A stretch of 54,848 bases of DNA, filler included, from Circinaria calcarea (GCA_051942165.1; 5 parts of 5 records of this genome joined end to end with filler, not necessarily neighbours in it); one strand, 5' to 3'. Shown: positions 32,988 through 47,375, counted from the first letter of the whole stretch. Notes: a model not told the origin generated them from the sequence alone. A program made the numbers and translations.

Positions 32988-33537
32988 TGATGTTGCGAGA
33001 ACCTCGGAGGACATATTCCAAACCCGAAAAAGACCATCATAGCTGCCTGACAATATCCTTTCCTGACCTGACACTATACTTGCGCTTCTGCCTGCCCATT
33101 GCCCGGCTGGGGATGCATTGGACAGAACATCCACCGCGCTCACCCAATCATCATGCTCGAATGATGATAGGTACAACGGCGGGATTATAGCGCGCACATA
33201 TTCGACTGCAAGAGTTGTCTCGGCAGATATACCGTTGGCGGTCAGGTATTCGTCAATGGAGGTGCGGAGGAAAGTGCCACTGATAAGGAATTCAAAGGGT
33301 ATAGGTTTATCGTTTTCTAACAGCGCATTGACGAGGGTTGAAAGGGCATAGCGGCGTAAATCTCGACAACCGATTAGTATCTCCCTTGGTATACATTGGG
33401 TTGGACTTACTAGTGTTTACGAGAATAGGACCAGTAGGCTCGGGCAGGGAGATATTGGCCTGCCGTGTTGATAGCTGTACTCTGATCTGGGTTTGCGGGG
33501 CTATGACATCGGTGTGACTCGCGTTACTGTTGTTCAT
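32988..33537 (-). CDS. YTM1: Ribosome biogenesis protein Ytm1 (NLE/UBL + WD40), 3'-truncated
   Basis: QIRVQLSTR...GPILVNT / [37 protein letters not shown]...[11 protein letters not shown]...HDDWVSAVD...ILSGSYDG. Confidence 0.92.
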
Positions 33538-34455
33538 GTCTACAGCAGCAATCTTCAAACTGTTTCAACGACAATAGTGCGCTCGGATGCGAATAGAGCA
33601 CTAAGGATCCCTAAGGTGTATTAAATTTACGGACAGCAAGTACAGCACAATGTGCAGAAACTACACCACCACGTACATGGTACGGTCGCCGAGTGCACTT
33701 GGTCTACTCATCAGTATTTTGCGGTGGCAATCACGAAGTAGGGTTCAGTGGCAAAGCAGCAACCCAAACGAAGTAGCTTAGAGGCAGAGATACCCTGACT
33801 TTATATCTAGCTGCCTCGGGTCTAGCTCGAGTGCGAGGGAAGTATAACCACGTTTATTCTGGCACCTCCAAGGTAGCTTTATGACTCAAAGATCGGTAAA
33901 GTCCATCCATTTATACTAATAACGATTTTTCTATGTTTTAATGATAGCTACAGAAACTACCAGCAAACAATTAGTCAACGGACTGCAGTCCATTCTGAAA
34001 TCCTCGGACCGGCAGAGATTATTACTGTCCGTAATCCAGAAGGTCGGATTAGAAAAGTCATTGCCAATAATATATAGCTAACGATACATCCCCTGGATTA
34101 TAAACCACGAAGGAGTGCTAACCGTGAATCCAAAATTGCTTTCTGTACAATGGCAGCCGGTCGATATCGTAAATCTGTAGTTCACCCGACTATGATTTGC
34201 TACCTATCAAAGTCTAGATGATGAGATGAAAGCTTTAGGCAGTTGAAGGACAAATACTAAGCAGTGGATTCCCCAAGGTCATAATCTAGGGCCACAAATC
34301 CGACTTCCGGCCTTTTTACTACTGCTACAAACATACAGGTGGAAATAGAAGGTGCTCTCGATACCTTTCGAAGCGCTTTTCTGGGCACATAACTACGTCA
34401 GTGCGATAGCATGCAACACGCTGGTTTATACCAGCCCGCGTCATCGTCACATGTT

Positions 34456-37400
34456 CTATGGCAACTCGGCAATCGCGGGGGTAAAGGACGTATCCCACAA
34501 CTCAAAGCGTACCGTCCTGCGATGACTCTCGAGTCCGGCATCAGGGCTCGGCCCATTGGTAAGCTGCTCCTGGATTTGTTCGAGTATCTGAGGGTCCGAG
34601 TCACCCACCAGATAATCCCGCTGTGAGTACCGCGAGATGGTGTCTGCTCTCTGCAGCATCAGAGTCTCCGAGGGCGCGGTCCATGACTTGCGGGTTTTTT
34701 GACTGGGTGTACGACCGGCCCACCGACTGGAGCCGCCGCTGATGAATGGACGTTTATCTGGACGAAGTGAACCGGTTAGTAAATGCATGTGTGAGGATTG
34801 GAGAGGAGTTCCCTACGAATTCTAGATTCTTTCTGTAAAAGCACCCTTGGAAATCCACTGATGAGATACTGCTCGTTGGCGGTGAGAGCGAGAAAGATTT
34901 CAGACGCAACGTGTTTGTTGTATAGCGTCACTGTTACGGGACCCATGTTGAACTTATAGTTCTGGATCATTTGGTCCAACGTCTCTGGTGTGATAAAAAC
35001 CTGCTGTGCAGCAACTTCACAATACTTTTCTTGGATGATAAAACACGGAATATGCCGAAGACCCTGTGAGCCTTTGAGGAAGAGGCCGAGCTCCTTGATA
35101 GCCATCGAGCCCTGGGGTATCCGACAGTGTATAGTACCTGTTATAGATTAGTAACGTACTGCTTATTGCTAGTACAGTCAGTTTTAAAGTTAACTGACCT
35201 TGATATTGGGTGTATCCGTTGGAAAGAGATGTTATTTTTCCGGTGCTTTCATAATAAAAGCTGCTGGCAACAAGCTGACGAGCCACTTCCGGAATCTGTG
35301 TATCGTTCATCATCAATTCTCGGACGTCACGTTGAAAAGACTCCATAGCAGGTACATTATCCAGAGCTGGCGGATCGTATTTTAGAGATGGATTGAGACG
35401 TCTATACCTATGACGGTGGGGCTCTGATGGCAAGAGTATATTCATATAATCTGTCCACGCCTTCTCCGAGTCCAAGCTTGACTCGATATGGTCAACGGCA
35501 ATTTTGTAAAGCTCTCGGAAATTCGAAACGACCCCTTGGCGACGTATTACTCCCTTAGCCGCGGTCGCCCTCGAACGGCGTACTGTTGAGCAGTGGCCTG
35601 TTCCTATAGACAGTATGATATCAGGGTGAGGATCCTCCATACCCGGTGGCTCGGCCCAAATGAGCTTCCGCTCTCGGTCTGCAATCTGAATAGGGTTGTT
35701 ATGGTAGATACCACCATCTGTGTAAACTTGTTTTGAGGGCTCGTGAGCAAAACTCTTGAAGATTTGTGGAGCTGCAGAGGTCGCTCTCGCCCTACTTTAG
35801 AATTAACATAAATTAAATACTCCATAGATAATTGACTCCTTACGCTTCCCATATCCTCAATTCAGTATCCGGTCTTTCTGGCCTCTGAAAGACATACGGA
35901 ACTAACGGGTGGTCAGAACTGGTATGCTCTATTAACTTATGTAACCCGATACGTACTTTTGTCTTCGCAGGTTCTATTATAGTTTGATAAAACAACCACC
36001 GATCCGGCTGAAGAGGTTGCGGTCACTGCCACCTTCACTTCGGAACCCTCGATTCTGGGGCCTCCAAAGAGATAGCCATCCCGACCGAAAGCATCCATTA
36101 GCGCGTTCTGGAGAGGCTGTGTTTCATACCGAGAATGATGATGGTTTTCAATCAACCACCCAATTCCAGGTATATTACCACCATGGCGGCGGGTAAAAGC
36201 GGTTTCACACAAATCCTCAAAATTCTGCTTGCATTCTTCGACGGACCAGCTCTTCGCGGCAAGGCCGAGGGCAATAATTCCACCAGTGCTATTTTGGATG
36301 TATTAGACTTGTATAATATATGTAGAGGAATTTCCCAGTCGGCTTACCTTGTTCCTATTATCAAATCAAAAAAGCTTATGATTGGTAATTTCCCTCCCAA
36401 TGCATGCTCTATCTGCCGCAATATCTCCAATTCTGCTATTCCTCTAATTCCACCCCTAAAGCACCAGTCAGTAGACCCGGTCACAGCTATTGAATTGTTT
36501 ATAAATTTCCAAAAATGAACTGGACTGACCCATCAAGCGTAAGAACTCGAACTCCCGCCGACAGGGGCTTTAGCTGGACTAGCCATGGAAAACCTCCCAC
36601 GCCTCTCGTAGGATGTAATGGGCAAGCATAGATCTCTATCGAGACTTTTCCTCGATGAACGCCATATGCCTTTAGGCAGGGAGTGCATAGAAGGTGTCCA
36701 CATGGTAGCGAATGCTCAGGTGAGGCAACCAAGCAAGAGAAACATGCCGAGTGACTGTTGAACTTCTCTGCGCCTCCCACATGTTCATAGAACCTAGTTA
36801 GGACAATATCTTTATGTATCTTGGCCGCGACTTGATCTTCTAAGTCGCTGTCAAGGGTCCCCATCCGAAGTTTTTCGAGTAGCTGCACAAGATGGTAGTA
36901 AGTCTTATCCCGGAATTCATCCTGGAATGATTCGAACGAAAAGCGCGACTGGTATTCGCCAACTGCTAGGACTTTACCATTCTCGAGCTGGTGGCCTTTG
37001 GTCCCATGACCACTGCGGACGTTTACACAACGTGCACCACCACCTGGCCTGATATATTCACATGGCCAATGTCGATCACAGAAATTTTCCAACGCTACAT
37101 CGAGATGATCAACATATTCTGGAAATATGCTTTCCGCAGTACCTATATCTCGTTACAACTGCACCGGATAAGATTCTCTCAGGTGAATACCTCGTATTTT
37201 GCGCCGGGCTGAATCTAACATAATACAGGATGCGATCATGTAACTGAGCTCACCAAAAATGCGCGGTCCATCCAACTTATTCTTCCATGCATGCATTATA
37301 GTGATAGCTAACTTGAGTATATTACCACCGAAGTCAAGTGGAATAGGACTGTTAAACAAAGAAGCTTGAACAAAATCGAAGGGGGTATCAAGTGTACCAG

Positions 37401-39431
37401 AGAAGTGATCGAATGCGTATTGGAGATATGGTTGAAATTCCTCAACATTTAGCAGCATCCGAAGGTTGCGTTTACTCTGCCTAGATGCATCGCACGCTAT
37501 CTGGATTTCGGCATATAACTTCGATATCTGATTGCTGATCAATTGGGGTCTTCCATTCGTTGGGATGCGTACGACCCGAATGCTGGAGTAATAGGATAGT
37601 AGTAACTCCTTAACAGACTCTATGCGCTTCGCGCGTTTTCGCCAGAACTCCGCGTAGTCGTTGAATGTTTTGTTCTTGCGAAGAATGGATTGGACTGGTT
37701 CCATAAGCCACGAAGTCGCATGATCCACGTCCCATTGCATCGAGTCTATATTATTCTCCGATGCATTGCAAGCAATTATGGCATGCGGGAGTACGGGCTG
37801 ATTCGAGGACGTCTCCAACGCCTTAGCCGCCCACTCTATCAGTTTTTCAAGCACACTTTCAAAGGTCCTCAAGTAGGGTCAGCCTTAAAGGGTGTGACCT
37901 GGAATCTTCTTACTTACCTAGGGTTCTTCAACACAAACACAATGACATCTGAGAATGTATATAGTAAGCGAGGATATAGATGCATCACGGCGTATTGTCT
38001 GCTTCGCTTCTTCGCAGTATCAGCCCATATAATCTCTCTTTCCGACGTGTGGTGGAGTCTGCGAAGGCGCTTCTCAAAAGATCGCGTACGCTGTGCCGCT
38101 GCAATGCTGCTGGGTTGCTTCTCATTTTTTCTAGATCTGGCACCTATTGGCTCCCTCTCCCCACCATCGAGCCCTTCGCAATCGGCGTACATCAACGGAT
38201 GGTCAGAGAAGAACGTCTGTGGATCAGCGTAAAGGTGGACGTCTCCTGATGTGGGAATGTTTTGATGCTGTGCCGAGCCAACAACTGGGGTTGGAAAAGA
38301 TTCCTCATGTAGATTTCTAAGCTGATTCATATCATTAGGCTTGAATATTACAGGGATTCGGGTTTCCGCCTCAGCTTACGTCGACAAGCCCCTTGATAAG
38401 GGTACTCTTTCCAGCTCCTGCAGTACGGGTCAGACCATAAGTATATTCTTGCAGCGGGAAATGTATAGACGAACCAGTCTGGCCAACAAAAGATACCAGA
38501 CTTGGAAAACGCGTCTGCTGTGCTCCCTTCTTCCAATCCCCAGGAGTCTCCGCCATGAGCCTAGCATATCTTCCGTAATCCTGAAAGATGTAATCGTCTA
38601 CTTCATCTCTAGCCACGCCAAACCAAGTTGTGCTTTCATCTTCTTCGTGTAGTTTCTGGTGTTTGGCATCATTCATAGTTGGCTCCAAGATAGCTCTGAT
38701 TTTTTCTGCAATGGTGTGATCTGTCTTTTCGTGGGGAACTCCTCCGGGCCCTAATTTTCCCTTTCGATGAGGGGGAACCATATCCCAACATTTGCCACAG
38801 AAAGATGTATCGCAGACATTGCAGTACAGTTCCCCGGAACCTGGTCGGACGCACATCTCACATAGCTGCTCTTCAGGTTGATGCTGACCGTGCTTGTCAC
38901 GAATCGAAGGACTGCTGGTTAGGAACTCGTTAGCAGCGCTTGCTAACTTCTAAATCACAATCTAAACTCACTCTTCGGTTGTACAGCCATCCAGCGTAGA
39001 ATAGTCATCAATGTCTAGTAGGCTGACAGCATGCCTTAGACCCTTATCGCCAACATATCCCCTGCAAAGAAACCTTAGCCGGCGTACATCTCTAGCAACC
39101 TCTCGAAGTGTCTGTACCTGGTATTGGGAGAAGAATCAAGCTCGTTTTTAGTTGAAGAACTCTTGGACGATAATTGTTGCGGAACCCATGAATATGCCTG
39201 CCCTTGTCAGTCTGGATGCAATCTCAACTTGGACTATGCTACCTTAGGATATGGCGAAGCATCTGGAGTTAATGATATGAGAGGCTCTTCCCACTCGCTC
39301 AGTCCTCCATAAGGATTTAGACCCCTGGAAGGACTGGAGTTTCTGGAGGCTTGCGCTGAAGTAAACAAGCTCTGCTGATCCTGAGACTGGGTCCGGTGGC
39401 CTCCTGGAGGTTTAAGACTGCTTTCATGCAT
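34456..39431 (-). CDS. Multi-exon B-box + P-loop GTPase + RING-like + patatin-like phospholipase protein
   Basis: YCNVCDTSFCGKCWDMVPPH (B-box); VSFVGQTG/AGKSTLIK and ADCEG (GTPase); CFSCL...LPCGHLLCTPC...CPLH (RING-like); VLTLDG/GGIRG, FDLIIGT/STGG, DGG (patatin); C-terminal AELP. Start codon uncertain. Confidence 0.85.
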
Positions 39432-39999
39432 GATCGAAAAGAAACCACCAAATCACGTTGGGATAGACATAAGTTGCAATAATCCATCGAGTGTTCCTAG
39501 TTCCTGTCCACTCCAGCTGTGCATCCACGACGCTGATGATGCGGCCGAGTTTAAAATAAGCAAATGGTGAATGAGGACAGGGATGAAATGGCTTACTTAC
39601 TTTCCTGGTTGATGTACTCTGTAAGAGGATACCGCACTTCATGCCTTTTTGGTCAAGGGGGTATGCTATTGTGTGTGATTGGTTATTTACAATGCGTGTG
39701 GCCGTGAGTGCAAGGTATGGAGTAATACGATGTACGCCAAGCGCTTCAAGTGTGGTAACGACAAGCAATCCATTGGGTAATTCGAGAAAGGCAGCGAGGC
39801 TGAGAATGCCTATGGGACTAACCTAGAGTGGAAAAATATGTGATTTTAGCCGACGGTCTGTGGACTGTGGAACAGTCACAATAATACTTATTTAGTGGGT
39901 ATACTTGTGGCATCGACCATATAGTAGTAAATGGTTGACCATTTCTAAAAAGACACTCGCGAATTAGATATAGGATAGTCATTCAGCTCCGCTATACTC

Positions 40000-41129
40000 T
40001 CATAGTCTAGCCTTTTCCTTGACAAACTCGACCTTGTTTGTGCACGTCCCTATTCCTTCAAGTCCTACTTCCACGACGTCTCCATGCTTGAGCCAGAGTT
40101 GTGGAGTCCTTCCCATACCGACTCCTTCTGGCCTGTCAAGAGACCTCATTAGCTTCTCAATCAAGAACCACACAAATAAAAGAAGACAAGGACATATACT
40201 CACGTTCCCGTGAAAATCAGGTCTCCTGGTAGCAAGGTAGTTCCCCGACTCAAGAATGCAATTGTGTCCCTGACCCCAAAGATCATATCCTTTGTCTCAC
40301 TCTCCTGCACCATCTCTCCGTTCAGCTTCGTACTAATTCTCAATGCCTGTGGGTCTCTGATTAAATCCGTGCTCGCGATCCCGGGACCATACGGCGCCCA
40401 GCCATCAAAGCCTTTGCCTAACGCCCATTGACCCCCTCCGCGCTTGAGCTGCCACTCTCGATGTGAGATGTCATTACCGACTGCATAGCCAAGCACATAG
40501 TCAAGGGCGGAGGACGCAGGTACATTTAGGGCGGGACGCCCGATTATCGCGACAAGCTCGCATTCGTAGTCGAGACCTGGGGCTTCTTGCGCGGGCAGGG
40601 GAACTGGAATGGGAGAAGTTGGGCCGGTGAGCGAGGTGATGGGTTTATAGAAGAGGATGGGGTATTTGGGAATGGGCATGCCAGACTAGATGGAGAGAGG
40701 GCAACATTAGCGAATATTGTTTAGGGGATTATTAGGGTTAGGTACCTCCTTGGCATGATTTTCATAGTTGAGCCCGAGGCACCGCACTGTTTTCACATCT
40801 GAAGCGGCAAGAGGGGCAAGAAGGGTTTTGACGTCCTAAATGAATGTGTAAGGACTACTTAGTGTAATAAGATCTAGGGGCATCTCCGTCGGGAAATCAC
40901 CTACAGCAACCTGATCCGTAACATTGTGCTTCCCAAAGATATCTCCATTGATTATACGGGCCTGCGTAGTCTTTGCAATATCGCTCACTCCTGAGGGGAG
41001 GATAGCATCACCGTAGTACGTCCTCCCGTCCTTCGCGAGGAAACGAACCAAGCGCTATAACTCGACGTCAGCGATATCATCGGCCAAGTAACCTAGAGAA
41101 TCAAAGGACCTTACAGAGAAAGTAGGCAT
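40000..41129 (-). CDS. Fumarylacetoacetate hydrolase-family protein
   Basis: MPTFS / RLVRFLAKDG...; VRCLGLNYENHAKE; PILFYKP; LDYECEL; GNDISHREWQ; GKGFDGWAPYGP; PGDLIFTGT / PEGVG. Confidence 0.92.
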
Positions 41130-41652
41130 TGTCGAGGGCTTATCTCCCGCCGAGTCTTGAGCGATTCATGCAAGTGCATCCGCCATTAACCCTCGGGGCG
41201 TGTCCCACCCTCCTTCCCACCGGGCTTATCTCCGGGGGAGGGGAAGAATGGTTTATCGGTCGGGCTCAGACATCGGACTGAGAGACACGCTAAGACACTT
41301 TGAGGTAAATGGACAAAAGTCTTTGTGTGCAGTCATGTATCGTTGTGGAACACAATTGATTTCTTGTCCCTGTCCATTCGTTTCCTACCGTCAGACAGCG
41401 TTTCTGTCCGGATAACGCTTTGCTTATTGTACATATCGTGCAACGGAATCGATAGGTCCGATCCTGTCATCCTGCTCTAGGGGAGTCGGCGCTTCCCGCG
41501 TGATGCGTCTAGAGGACAACTCACGAGCACACACCTTAGGACCGTAAGGAGGATATAACAGCATCACTTTCTCAATATATCGCATAAGGCCCGACGGCGA
41601 GGATCATAAACCATAGAGGTCAAGTCCACAGACCTACCGTACTCTAAAAGCT

Positions 41653-43848
41653 ATGGCCGATCGCCGCACTTCTCAGCCCTCGAAGCCGCGCCCAGTTCCG
41701 GGCTCTCACTCCACTAACATTTCGGAGGGTAGATCGTCAGTACCTGAATCTACATCGCGGACTACATCAACAGCCCGTCTAGCTTCTCCGGTTCCATCCG
41801 GTGGTGGTATTGGCACAGGCACCCCAAATGTCCGTCAAGCTCCCGCCTCTAGTCAACTCAACTCAGGCACACAGACTCCACTTGCTGGTGCTGAAGCAAG
41901 CGACTCACTTCCAGGTCCTGGCAGGTCAGCCCTGGCAACAGCTCTTCAAGGTACCCTCGGCGGGAGTCCGCCACGGTTTGGAACACCTCCGATGCGGTCC
42001 TACGCGCCTGGATCTTCAAGCGCTACACCTCAAGCCTCCGAGCAGCCAACTACGTATGGTTCCTTCAGTGCACAATCCAACCATGGTGCCCAAGGCCCGA
42101 ACGAGGATGCAGAGGTTGTGAAGCGACATTTGGTGCAACCTTCATACTTTGCCGGGCAAGGTGAGCAGCATAGATCCGGACGCAATTCCCTTCCAGGGGT
42201 ACAAGGTTCTTCAAAAGCCGCTTTCGGGCATGATCGGAAAACGAGTGAAACAAGGGGAATACATGATGGGGAATTCTCCAGTCTGCAATTACAAGGAGGT
42301 GATATCACACGGGAGCTTTATCGATGGTCAGAAGACGCAGAAGCTGAGTCTGCCACCGGAGGGCGCAGCAAGAGAAGTAAAAGCTTCAACATTTTTCGAC
42401 CGCAGCCCGACAGTGAGATCTTGGATATAAATTCGATACTGGTGCCAGGTGGCTTCCGAAGAGATCATCTGCGGCGAAGAGCTGCCAGTCCGTTGCCTAT
42501 AGGTAGAGGTCATGCCGGTGACACAGAGGGTGAAGGACGGTTAAACCAGGGAAACTTTAAGCCGAGGCTATTCACCAATAATTTTATTGAATTTCTCACA
42601 CTCTATGGGCACTTTGCGGGAGAACAGCTTGAAGAGGACGACGAGGATCTCGAGCCTGACGAGTACTTCGCCTCCGATGATATAGCAGACTTTTATCAAG
42701 ATAGTGGCGATGATAGCGAACGTGAGCCGGGCGAAGGAAGTGCCCTATTAACACCTAGAACGCCAGGTGGTAGAAGGAGAAAGCCAAAGGAGCGTACGAA
42801 TACCGGCCAGAACGGCCCCACTGGTGCCACGTTACTCTTGCTCAAGTCTTTTGTTGGTACCGGTGTCTTATTTCTTCCCAAAGCGTATTTGAATGGGGGA
42901 ATGCTTTTCAGTAATCTCGTGCTTCTTTTTGTTGCACTATTGAGCTATTATTGCTACTATCTCCTCGTCAAAACCCGACTGCAAATCAACGGCTCTTTCG
43001 GCGATATCGGGGGCGTCGTTTATGGAAGATTCGTGCGTAATTTGATTTTGACATCAGTGGTACTTAGTCAAATGGGGTTTGTAGCTGCCTATATCGTCTT
43101 TACTGCAGAAAATCTGCAGGCATTCGTCCTGGCAGTTTCTCGTTGCCGAGAATGGATAAGTATCAAATTCTTTATACTAATGCAGATGGGGGTCTTCTTG
43201 CCACTCTCACTGATTCGAGACATCACCAAGCTTGGTGTGACAGCCTTAATAGCGGACTTTTTCATATTACTGGGTCTCATTTATCTCTACTACTACGATA
43301 TTCGAACCATTGTTTCCAACCATGGTGTTGCAGACATCGTACAGTTCAACCCTCGTGACTGGACGTTGTTCATTGGTACGGCAATTTTCACCTTCGAAGG
43401 CATCGGCCTCATCATTCCAATCCAAGAGTCCATGAAGCGGCCGTCACAGCTCCCTTCGGTTCTGGCCTTCGTCATGGTCATCATTACGACCATCTTCCTT
43501 AGCATGGGTGCGATATCATATGCGGCCTATGGATCCTCGACCAAGACTGTAATATTATTGAACATGCCGCAAGACGATAAGTTTGTCAACGCAGTCCAGC
43601 TGCTCTATTCTCTCGCAATCCTTCTCTCGACACCCCTCCAGCTGTTTCCGGCAATTCGAATCATGGAGAATGAGCTTTTCACGCGAAGCGGCAAATACAA
43701 CCCGCACATCAAATGGCAAAAGAACCTCTTCCGCTTCTTCCTGGTCATTGTCTGCTCGGCCGTGGCTTGGGGTGGAGCCGGAGATCTCGACAAATTCGTG
43801 GCACTTGTCGGTAGCTTTGCTTGCGTGCCCCTCGTCTACATTTATCCC
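41653..43848 (+). CDS. AVT3: Vacuolar amino acid transporter Avt3/Avt4 family (last exon lost in gap)
   Basis: LQLQGGDITRELYRW, PGGFRR, NNFIEFLTLYGHFAGE, LLLKSFVGTGVLFLP, FTFEGIGLIIPIQESM, LSTPLQLFPAIRI. Donor GTAAGT at 43849. Confidence 0.9.
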
Positions 43849-43877
43849 GTAAGTCCCGCGCCTTGAACCCCGAAAGC

Positions 43878-43977
43878 NNNNNNNNNNNNNNNNNNNNNNN
43901 NNNNNNNNNNNNNNNNNNNNNTTAATTAATTAANNNNNNNNNNNNNNNNNNNNNNNNNNNNNNNNNNNNNNNNNNNN
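43878..43977. other. Artificial contig linker
   Basis: N44-TTAATTAATTAA-N44. Confidence 0.98.
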
Positions 43978-44082
43978 AAGACCAAGTAGGTGAGGCCTTC
44001 TTTCGCCTGAGGAAACACAAACTCCAGGCTAGATGCCAAAGGCCCAAGTCACCCTTGCTTTCCCTGTTGACAAGAATTCCAA

Positions 44083-47049
44083 TCACGTCGAGCCTTCCCA
44101 TGCCGGATTCTATTTGTACGGTTAGCACACATTCCCTTCACAGCATAGATCGGCGGATGCGAACACCTACTTTACGTAGAATGACAAGACCTTCCAGATT
44201 GCTCGCCAAGCTAATGTACTGCTCGTCCTCCAATTCCGCCCTCTCCCCGTACGAGAGTAACACTGGTGTGCTCTGGGTCTGCCAGCCGGTAATCGTCTTC
44301 GGCCGGCCGGCCTGCCCTACCACGTCAACAGCCTGTCCGACCCGGACGTTGACCTGGAGGGGCTTCAGGTCTTCGTCCAGCGTGACCAGGAACCTTGGAT
44401 GCATCGCGGTGACGATGAAGTAGAGGAGGTAATGTGAATCGGCAAGAATGAATTGCTTGGCATCGATCAGGGACACCAGAACCGTGAGCAAACCGGCCGC
44501 GGCGACTTGAGATAGTACCTGTCGGTCTGTGTGGAAGGGGTTGAGTGACATTGTGCCCTTGCCCATGTGCAGGAGACCTTGGGCTATACGGACCATAAAG
44601 AGCGAGTTCTGATCACGGTGATAATAGCTTGCTAACTGTCGAAGGAGTTGCGCTATCCTTGCATTATTCGTCCCTGCACCGAGCATACCCATGGCAAAGA
44701 TAGCATTGATAGCCACGTCGTTATCATTGTCGTGACTGTAGCGAGACAAGGTATCATACACCTTCATCTGCGGATTGCTGGGACTGATGAGTCCCATTGC
44801 CAGGGGTACCGCTTTGCGGATGTTGGGTTCGCCGTAATGCATCAGGTGACCGAATTGACGGAGTACCATTTCTTGCCCGACCTCTTCGCCCATGGAGATG
44901 AGAGCTATCCCAAGCACCGCATAGGTCTGGAGAAGCTCATCGCCCTTTTTGTCTTCGGCGTCCTCGATGTGGTCATTACAGATATGAAGCAATTCCTGTA
45001 TTTTCAGCACCGTCCCGGTACCAGCCCATGCGCAGACTTCAGCAAGCACGGCAGCAGGCTTGGCCATAGGATGTTCGATGGCTTTCAATGTCTCAAGAAT
45101 AACTTCAACCTCCTCTTGACGACCGAAGAACAGTAACGCGAGTCCGAGCGACATGAACCGCGTCCACTTATCTTTCAACTGCTTCTGTCTTTCTTCATCG
45201 AGTAGTGTCGTAATAATAGCTTCACTAACTCTATCATTCGACGACCCGACGAAGATAAGACCCAGAGAGAGTGCAGCCATGGCAGATATTTGCATGTCCA
45301 AAGAAGTGTCTTCAACAATCGGGAGAAGGATATCGAGCATTTCAGCCTTCTTTGTACCAGCGTAGGACAGCCCAAGACCCATGATTGATGCAACCTTTAT
45401 CAGCATGCTCTTATTGTCAATCGCTTCAGCGTCACAGAGTAAAGCCATGGCAGGGTCAGAGTCAATCCGCACTCCCGAGTTTGATATGCCAATGGCTAAG
45501 AGTGCCCCAGCTTTAATCTCATCTTCCTTGGCATATGCGAATTTGTCAATCTTCCCCAAACCCATTTCCACGTCCCATTGCATTAATAGACCCATTGAAG
45601 CAGCGGTTGACATCATTCCATCATCTTTCGTCTTCCAGACCCAGTTGGTCTGGTCACCCTCAACTAGCATCATTTTGTCGTTGCCAAATCCCGCATTGGC
45701 AAAAGCATTGACAAATGCACTGGCAAGATTGTGACGGGCAGAGTCCACATTTGTCAGTCCTGCCGTTCGACTGCTCTCCAAATGGCTTTTGTAGATGTCA
45801 TCTGGCATCTTGGGCTCTAGTATATTCAACTCCTTTGCTAGCGTTTTGAAATATTCTGGGAGCTTAACATTGCTGAGGCACTCTATAATCTGTTCATCTT
45901 CTTCGTCCTCTGAAGCCATATCAAGCCAAAGCTGTTGCCGTGCTATCAAGAATGCGATTTGCTTTTTTTGCGCAAAATCTTCCGTTAAAACAAAATCCTC
46001 GCGCACAAGGTCAAGGTCGTTGAGCCGGATGGCAAGTACCACTGCTTGGGGTATTTTGTTGTACTGTTTATAGATGTCGTGGGCAGTCCGTAAGAATTGC
46101 TGGTCTTCTGGGTATGTGAGGAGGTTAACCATGCTAACCATGTACAGGCACACTCTTGGATAGGTGTTTTCGTCCAAATACTGCGGTATTTCCTGTATCC
46201 GTTCTAGCTCGCTCAGGATATCTACAGCGTCAGCTTCGGCGTTATGTTTAAGGAAATATGGTACTAGCGTCCGAGCTAGATCAATAAGTTCCTGGGTTTC
46301 GACATCGTCGGTCATCCGCCGCTGATAATCTTCTCCGATTTCCAGTGCGAGATGTCGGATATACTCATGACCCCATGAGCCTAGATCCTCCGAGGGTGCT
46401 AATAGCCGGTACTTGAGGGTTTCAAGTTTCTCCTCGTCACCATGGGTCATGCCTAGCACAGACAAGACATCTGCCAAAGAGTCCTAATGATGCATGTCAG
46501 CTTGTACCTGAACTCGTGTGCAAGTGCAAGTCACCTTGTCGTCCCCTGGTGGCCACTCCTCGTATAGTTTGGTTAACTCATCGTAATGTGGTCGCAAGAA
46601 TTTAAGAGGTTTAGGTACAGCGGTCATAGAAGATGTTGAGGTCTTGATGAAGTTCTTAATCGCTTCGATGGCTGGCTTGTATAGGCTTGTATCTGGCTCC
46701 TGTTCTCCCACAATCGTCAGCGAAAGGATCGGATCAAGGCTCATCATGATGGCACAAACCTTTAGCCGCTCGACAAGCATTTCAAGCTCGGTTTTCAACT
46801 GTTGATCCTCTTCACTAAGTTCCTCTGTAAAGTAGAGATCGAAGTTAGCCTGTATGAAATTTACCCATCGGCTTCAATAAACCCAATACCTTCTTGAGGA
46901 TCTTCGCCCTTCTTCCCGTTGACCAAGGGCTTGCCATCCTTATCCTTCTTCACCTCCTCTAATTTCTTGTCTCCATCTACTGGCTTGTCCTCCTTCATCT
47001 TTCCCTTTCCCTTCTCTGCCGCCGTTAACTCGCCATTCTCCTTCGCCAT
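44083..47049 (-). CDS. RPN1: 26S proteasome regulatory subunit Rpn1
   Basis: [56 protein letters not shown] repeats; [31 protein letters not shown]; last exon [11 protein letters not shown] (44083-44109). Confidence 0.97.
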
Positions 47050-47375
47050 CCTTCGATTGTTCAGTACGTTTGAGAGGCTATAACTCTAGGCACGGATCTG
47101 AAATATCGTAGAAAGGTATGATCTAGGGGTTCTTGGTGCCTAGGTAAAGTCGGGTTGAAATGAGTTGAGTGTAGATGGGGATGGAGAGCTTTAGAATGAT
47201 GCGCGTTGTCGAGCTTCGAGGCGAGACGATCTACCATAGTACACTCGGACCCTGGTCAATTTTCGCCGACAATCCCCCACCCCCTGGACCACTACCGCAT
47301 TTACAAAACAACAACCGGATTACTGGAAAAGGACTGTACCGACCTTCCTTAGATTGGCTGATCGATAACTACATA

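Noticed and set aside
34456..39431. Patatin gene as evidence that contig 4 is a Starship
   Set aside because: Patatin-like genes are Starship auxiliaries, but this one is intron-rich, intact and flanked by core YTM1, FAH and AVT3 genes with no captain or decay.
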